Part shown: piece after piece, positions 57,199-64,000 of the stretch
How positions within the stretch are numbered: the stretch's first letter is position 1
How the letters are laid out: each line of letters begins with the position of its first letter
Assembly: GCA_004764695.1 (NCBI GenBank)
Contig: SMSO01000036.1
Location: forward strand, 1,550,001 to 1,614,000
Reading direction: 5' to 3'
DNA from: Schizochytrium sp. TIO01
Taxonomy: Eukaryota > Protista > Bigyra: Labyrinthulomycetes
DNA: 64,000 bases
Made by a program: the position numbers and the translations under genes
Notes under the pieces: generated by a model
Seen by the model: only the letters and a program-made list of their open reading frames with translations
The model's database searches: none
Told to the model about the DNA's origin: nothing

Positions 57199-60100
57199 GC
57201 TGTCTGTTTGTTTCCCTGCTTCGCGTGGCTTCTCGGCGGAGGGTCTCTGCAGATGGAGGCCTTGTGAATAATACTTGGCGCGCAGAACGACTATGTATGT
57301 GTGGAGACAGGGAGTCAGAGATCGCGAGAGGGTCTAGAAGGAGAAGGAGAGAGAGAAGGAGAAGACAGCCAAACCACAGCCAAATTGCGTTTTTCCGAAC
57401 TTGAGAGTTTCAGTTTTTAATAAAAATTGCTGATTCTATATATTTTTTTAGTTTAAAAAAACTTCTACGTGACTACATAGTACTTAAGCTTTGAGTATTA
57501 AGATGAAAGATCAAAAGAAAGTAACTCTTCATTTATGACTTTTATCATGGCCAATAGCAATCATTCACCTACCATACCATACAATATATATGTATATTAA
57601 AAATTAAAAATTAAATGTTTAAAAATAAAAACAAAGGACCTTCGTGGGACTGCTATTGTTTGTTGGAAACATCTTAGGTACTTCAGTAGCTAGGTACTAA
57701 AGGATTATGATGGCTGGCTGGCTTCCACTTTTTTCTTTTCATTCAATCGTTTCGTCGCTTAAAAGACGAAACGCAGGGAATCGCATGAAACCCTCGAGGT
57801 AGTCGTGCACCGCTGCCATGAAACTTACACGGACTATAGGTTCTATTGTAGGTACGGACTCGAACGCGGTGGCTCCTACTTTGGAAGTAGCCAGGTGCAG
57901 TGTCTTTGAGAGACTAGATGTACTTATCTCAATTCGTGAGAAGAGTTTCCATGGAGGCGCGCGCTAGAGGCGGGGGACGAATTCTTATCAGCTTCAAGTT
58001 CGCCCTTTTTTTTTGTTTCTTTTTTTTTGTGATGTTATTAAATCCTTAGGCGATCCAAGCTCAATAGAATACCAAGTTGAGTGCAATGACTTCCAGGTTC
58101 TCTTGCAAGCTCTTGGGAGAAAGTATTAGATTCTTGGAAAGCTACTGTTAGCATGATAAATGAAGCTCCTGGTGCAGATACATGATCGGGCGTTGTCATT
58201 TTCATTTTACTCAGCCTAGCAAAATGAACTTTGGAGAATGATTTGCAAGTATACCGAACTATTTTCAGCGAGGGCAACACTTCAAAAGTCAAAAGACCCG
58301 GAGGAGAATGCATTCTTTGTTTTGCTAAAATGTCATAAGCACAAAGGTAGAACGCGGGGTTCTATTTTTAGTTATTTTATAAGTTACATAGACTTAACAC
58401 CACGGAGACTCGAACACTATAATCATAATCAGGCCCGAAGCCATAGGTCTATTAGGTGCAAAGTAAGCGTTGAAGGCACATCATAAGGTTATTTGGTATA
58501 GCAGACTACACAACTGTCTAGGATGAGGAGCAGGTCACTCGAAGAAGGTGCATGTTTAGCCAGGCTATTTGACAGAAACGTGGGGCCTCATTAGTAATCT
58601 CAGAACCAAACACCAGTTAAAGAAATCAAACTTTGCATCCAATATACTTTGCGTCTAGACATCTGGTGATCCAAATAGATAAGTACCTCCCTCAAATTCA
58701 TCTACGCATTTGCGCCTTGAAGATGGTCTGATTTATAGGAAAGTGCAAAGCATTAGGTTTTTCTAATTTATGAGATTAAGAGTTTACGCCAAGAAGCAAT
58801 TCCCAATTTACAATACAAATTTAGTCTTCAAATTGGTGGGGGCTTGTTTCTGTTCCTTTCAAAATAAATAGTTCGAAAATTGAATAAAAGGTATGCCTGC
58901 TAGAGTTCGTTGTTGCTTGAGCCACGTCGTCCAGACATTGCACTTCCTTATCTAGGATGAATGTCGGTGGCCCAACTTTTTACTATCATGCATACGATAA
59001 CGAGTTAGAAAGCAATGCTATGACAAAGTGAGGTTGTTCAGTTGTGTCCAGTTCTTAAAACAAAATCAAAAGAGGGAACAAGCGAGAGTGAGAGTAAGTT
59101 CAAGGGACCTCATATCTAGTTTCGACGAAGCTGTTAATTGGTTTTACAGAAGTTCATATTTATCAAACCTGTGGAAGTGGCATGGTAACTGCATTCTTTA
59201 AAAGTTAGAAGGGCTTCCCAAGCACAGCTCTCGTAGGAATAGTGTGTAAAACTTTATGTTTAACATACAAGTCTTTATAGTTTGCGTGCCGATGCTGTAT
59301 ATCAGACTTAGATTCGATACAGACGCCAGACTTTGTTCGCTTCCCTGCCGGAACTCTACTTGCGAGAACAGTAGCGGGAGACCCAGACACATACATTTGG
59401 CACAGAGTCATCACAAGACGTGGCTCTCTCTCTCTCTTTCTCTGTTTTCTATCAAGCCGCCACGACTATGCTCCACTATCGCACTGTCGCTTATTCCCTC
59501 CCTTTGGAGCGAGTACTGTAGCTGTAGGTCTGAGGAGGGCCATTTCCTTTTGGGCCCATCCAGCCTTTCACCGCTTTTAACGTTCCCAATAACGTTCCCA
59601 TGAATCGCACCTCTATGTAGCAAGTCATGAGAGTGAATCACACTCGAAGGTGGAGCACATGCCAGCACATGACAGCAAGCAGCGCGTCCACATGCAACGC
59701 TTGCTTCGAGGAACTTTGAGAGTTGCCAAGAGAAAAGCGTGAAGAAAGGAGCAATGACTGAGAAATGCGAGGCAGCGGCAGTTCAAGTTAGTATTTGGAA
59801 AGGATAAAACTTTTAAAAATCGTTTCCTTTCTGTTTCAAAAGGTATTGAGGTGCACTATTGAGGCCGAGTTACGCTCTGTGGGTGTGTGTTTTACTCATC
59901 TTTCACAGCTCAGCTCTAGTCGGTGCCCGGCAAGAAGAAGTCGAAACGATGCGAACTTGCGAACATCATCAACTTGTTTGCCCTCCCGGCACTGTTACAG
60001 GTTGGGATACTGGAGGGATTTATAGGTGGTTGTTTCCATCACCTTGTCACGCAAATCAATGGCAATAGATATGTGCTGCAAGCATTCCTCAAAAGTGCTG

Positions 60101-62302
60101 CGCAGTCCCTCCATAGCTTAGTAATAGGAAGCGCAAGTTACAAACATAGAATTCTTTTAGGATGAAACAGTGAGGATTGGAGGTGACTTGAGCGAAACGA
60201 TGGAAACCTCCGTCGCCAGCGAGTGTCTTGGCAAGGCTTTCTGAGCTGACGTCAATTGCAGCAGAGCAGCGCAGTTATCGCTTCAGGAAGAGCATCCCTA
60301 GGTGCTTGAATGCCGTATCGAGACAATGTCAGGATAACTAATAATAGAGAATCTGAACATCACAGGGTGAAGCAGCGAAAGCCTTCCGAATTGCATATGT
60401 GTGTCGCATTCTACAGGGCTTAGGCTCTAATTTATCATGCACAGCAGCACCAGCAGACAATCCTGGGAGTTGAAATGTGGCTCACAACTTCTTCTGCTAG
60501 CAAGTTAAAATCAATGAAGGAAGGAATTGATCATGACGACAGATAGATGTTGAATGGTAGATAGAGGTCAGGACAAGAACCAGCACGGAAACCGAATTCT
60601 GTTTCAATGTTGCTAACTCTGCTTTTGTATAAATAAATTAATGCTCGTAGTTATGAAGACTACAATAATCGTATAAAGAGAAGCTCTTCGCAGCGAGTCT
60701 TCCTACGCCACTTCGTTTCCTCGAAACGGTCGTTCAACTACAATTACCTCTTTTAAATAGCAGCTGCAATAGCTTCGTCGTTTCCTCTTTCTCAGGTCAC
60801 TACTAGTACTTAATCGAATAGGGAAAGCTCTCAAAAAGAAAGTTTTGTTAATTTATTTTATTTTACATAAGAAGTTTATTTTGGGCCTAGAGAGTTCGTA
60901 GGTGATAGGCAGGTACTAGGCCTTAATTTTGTTTTAATTAAAAAAACAAAACAAAAAGGGGTCTTTCATCAAGTATGCCTGAAGACCATTTAGGTATTCC
61001 ATAGTAGCGAAAATTTGAAGAACCCCAAAGAAAGGACGAAACGAATGCTATTAGTTAGTTGCGCGGAAGTCAGTCTCGCCGACGCTGTGTGGAGCAATTA
61101 ACATCTAGTACTGCACAAGAGTTATATTATCATCTGTTGGCTGCTTATCCCTTAGTCTGCTATCGAGCGAGCGAAATCTGCACTAATGGGATGATCAAAA
61201 TAAATAAAATAAAGATCTCTAGGTGTATTTTCCGTAGATCCTTCAGATTGTAGTTCTTTGTGCAATCTATTAGAAAGAAAAATGAACTCACGCGCTGTCC
61301 CTAAATTTATCACACACAAAAAATGAATTCTGATTTGCGTACTAGCCATTTGTTCCTGCATTGTAAAGCTTCAAACAAGGAAAAGCTTATTAGCCTATGT
61401 TTTATTGGTTCGCTCATTGCGCTAAAAAAGTAAATATCTTGCCAATGTCAACTTTAAGTTTCGCTCCTTCTTGTATTTATCCCATTTACCAGCAGCGGGC
61501 CCAGGAGGGTCGCCATATTTCATAAATTTCGCATCACTCTTCCTCAACGTGATAAATGGAGGACTCTGTCTACCCTAGTACCCAGACAACGTCTCGAAGA
61601 GCTTGGATTATCTATTTTATTCAATTTTCTGGATGTCACTTAGCGTTTCGTTAACCTCCAGTTTTGCGTTTCATTATCATACGTTACTGTACAATTTCTT
61701 TGAGTCATAGCCTCACCTATCCTACTCTTAACACCCCTAAAATCCTCTTTGGGTTGTTCAACTAGGGTTAGGGCACTCATTCATCCTCATTGTTGAGCCT
61801 CTTACTATTGCGTACCTTTCAGAAGTGGGTTTTTCTTTTTTGTTCTACTTGAGGCACTGCTATACTTCACTTTCCTGCTCTATACTCTACTTACAACTCC
61901 TCTTTCCCTGCTCTCCCTGCTTGCGCTGCCCCCGTAGCACTTTCCTAGCGCCGCTGAGCCTTCTTCTCCGCGCCAAGCGAGTGATTGGTTGGCCATTCAC
62001 TTGAAGGTAACGCGGGGAACCCCTTTTGATCTGAGTCTCTATGACGGAGAGATGAAGGGAAAGAGTGAGTTTGTGAATGCTGTAAAGGGAGATAAGGAGG
62101 AAAGAGCCTGGTAGGAGTGGGTAAGGTTTGTTAGGGGTTTGTGCGGTTTATTGGCTGGTTAGGAGTGTATTAAGGTTGGCTAGGGGAGAAAGCGGAGGCG
62201 TATTTGCGGCAGAGAGCAGCTGGCAGGCAGACAGCAGAAGAGCGTGGAGCAGATCATCGATCGGTCGTGCGAGGGTGCGATTGATAGTGGAGGTTTGGCA
62301 AG

Positions 62303-62680
62303 ATGGTGGTCAAGACCAACGTGTGCGCGTACACTGAGTTCAAGATCTACCCTGGCCACGGCATCAAGTTCGTGCGCAAGGATGGTCAGCCGCTCGACTT
62401 CATCAATTCCAAGGCCAAGTCCCTGTACCACCAGCGCATCAAGCCCAACAAGCTGACCTGGACCACCGGCTGGAGGCGGCTTAACAAGAAGGACAAGCGC
62501 GACGACGGTAAGCGCATCCGCCGGCGGAAGATTGCCGCCAAGCAGAAGCCTTTTGAGGGCATGTCTCTTGACCTTCTCAAGAAGAAGCGTGACCCCAAGG
62601 AGAAGTCCGCTGCCCGCGACGCCGCCGCCAAGGAGGTGCAGGCCCGCCAGAAGATGTCCAAGAAGACCATCAAGAAATAA
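62303..62680 (+). CDS. RPL24: 60S ribosomal protein eL24
   Basis: 125 aa. CAYTEFKIYPGHGIKFVRKDG, INSKAKSLY, KLTWTTGWRRLNKK; strong GC3 codon bias typical of highly expressed genes. Confidence 0.98.
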   Translation: MVVKTNVCAYTEFKIYPGHGIKFVRKDGQPLDFINSKAKSLYHQRIKPNKLTWTTGWRRLNKKDKRDDGKRIRRRKIAAKQKPFEGMSLDLLKKKRDPKEKSAARDAAAKEVQARQKMSKKTIKK

Positions 62681-64000
62681 GTAAGTGATCTTCTTTGATT
62701 TACCTAGTTCGTTCCTTTCTTCGATCGTGATCAGAGCCTGATTCGGCTCGAGACATCTCGCGAGGACAGCTTGTCCGGGTGCATTTAATCATGATTGCGT
62801 GCATCCATTTTTTCTTTCATATGGAGTGAGTTTGTGGCGTACATCATCACTGGCGTACTCACACTGGCGGAATATCGTCGGTGCAAAATATGGAGGAATA
62901 GATGGATGAATGTCTTCATACAGGCACCTATCTTCAACCTCGTGGGCGATCTCGCTCAGATGAGTGTGAGTGAATAAGGTGTTAAGGAGTTACATGAATG
63001 AATGAACGAATGATGCGTGAGCTCCTGCTTGTCTGTATGTCATGGAGACGGCCGCGCTCATCGTCGCTCGTGCTGCCTACTTTATTACTCTTGGATGCCG
63101 CTGCAGATGCATTTTGGCACCCTCTATACCCACATGCTTCATCTATATTCTAAGGTCAGCCTTTAACCCCATCCCCCACCTCATATACTTTTTCTTGTTT
63201 CTTTCGTTGACGCGATGCGACTAGTACACCTGTCGCTGATTCTCACAAAATCGAATGCGCTACTATTTTCTTGTGCCTTGAACTTGATACTTAGATTTCT
63301 TTCTCTGATTGCGGGTGTAATTTCCTTCTCGCTTTCCTCAGAGGAGAACTTGACTTGTTTCTTTTATTTGTACAAGGTTTTGTCTTTCTACTTCGAGCAT
63401 ACGTTGTCCTGCTGCTCTGTTATTCCTCTGTCCATTAAACTCATTAGTACATAATAGAGGTACTATATGGCGTCATCAAGTCCTTGCTCGTAAAACAAGT
63501 TTGGGTAGCCAGCACTTGATCCTTTTACATGAAGTAGTACGAGGTACTCTACAATGGAAGGCCTGTACAAGGACAAGTAGGTAGTAAATTGTAAACTAAA
63601 TACATGAAGTATCCATAAACAAAAACCAAACAGAGCTCATCATAGGAAGCTTTTTAATTTGAAGTATTCCATTACATTTACAATAGTTGTATTATATCAA
63701 ATTTTGTAAATCATTCAGGTTAGTGCCTCATTTTATTTCGGACGTTCTTTGAAGCAAGGAAAATCCCCCCAACGAATGCTCCGACCTACTTGCCGTCGTT
63801 GGCGAATGAAATCGTAAGTGATGGACTAGTGCTATCCTCGCCATACTCTTTGAGCTTTAGGTTCACGTTGTTTAGTACATACACGAGTTATCAGAGTGTC
63901 ATCCAGCGCGGAGCTGCCTCTTCAGCTGATAAGAACAAGAAAAACGATATAACAGATTATTAAACGAAATTCTGTATTTGAGACTTTGCTTAAGTATGTA

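Noticed and set aside
57850-57925. Minus-strand GTTCGAGTCC B-box with a nearby CTAC-TTCCAAA-GTAG hairpin (tRNA-Trp-like)
   Set aside because: T-stem, acceptor stem and D-arm do not pair; not a tRNA.
1-64000. Transposon, viral or prokaryotic insert; the many short antisense or nested ORFs
   Set aside because: No RT, integrase, transposase, capsid, LTR or TIR recognised. Short ORFs overlapping the long genes are frame shadows.

Overview
Gene-dense, intron-poor eukaryotic nuclear DNA with GT-AG spliceosomal introns of about 105-320 nt. The protein content and gene structure suggest a flagellated stramenopile protist, possibly a thraustochytrid (inference). About 19 protein genes are supported: a multi-TM tetraspanin-like protein running off the left edge (missed by the ORF track), a NEK6/7-type kinase fused to an IFT57-like module, PME-1, a CDK9/12-like kinase, TBP, NAA20, an enoyl-CoA hydratase ending in PTS1-like PKL, a RhoGAP-SH3-SH3-EH protein, a PTS2-bearing MhpD-like hydratase, a coiled-coil protein, a nitronate monooxygenase, a FUSC/ALMT-like transporter, UGGT, a 969-aa unknown, an EF-hand/Tyr-repeat/mucin-stalk type II membrane protein, a class 3 lipase, a CFAP157/BBOF1-like protein, a TEH-motif MAPK and RPL24. 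There is also a likely hidden multi-exon small gene at about 32.8-34.1 kb. No rRNA, tRNA, CRISPR array or mobile element is supported. The most interesting candidates are the NEK-IFT57 fusion, the EF-hand/YxxPhi receptor-like protein, and bacterial-type catabolic enzymes carrying peroxisomal signals in a loose 15-kb neighbourhood. All family calls come from motif recognition by eye; no database search was run.
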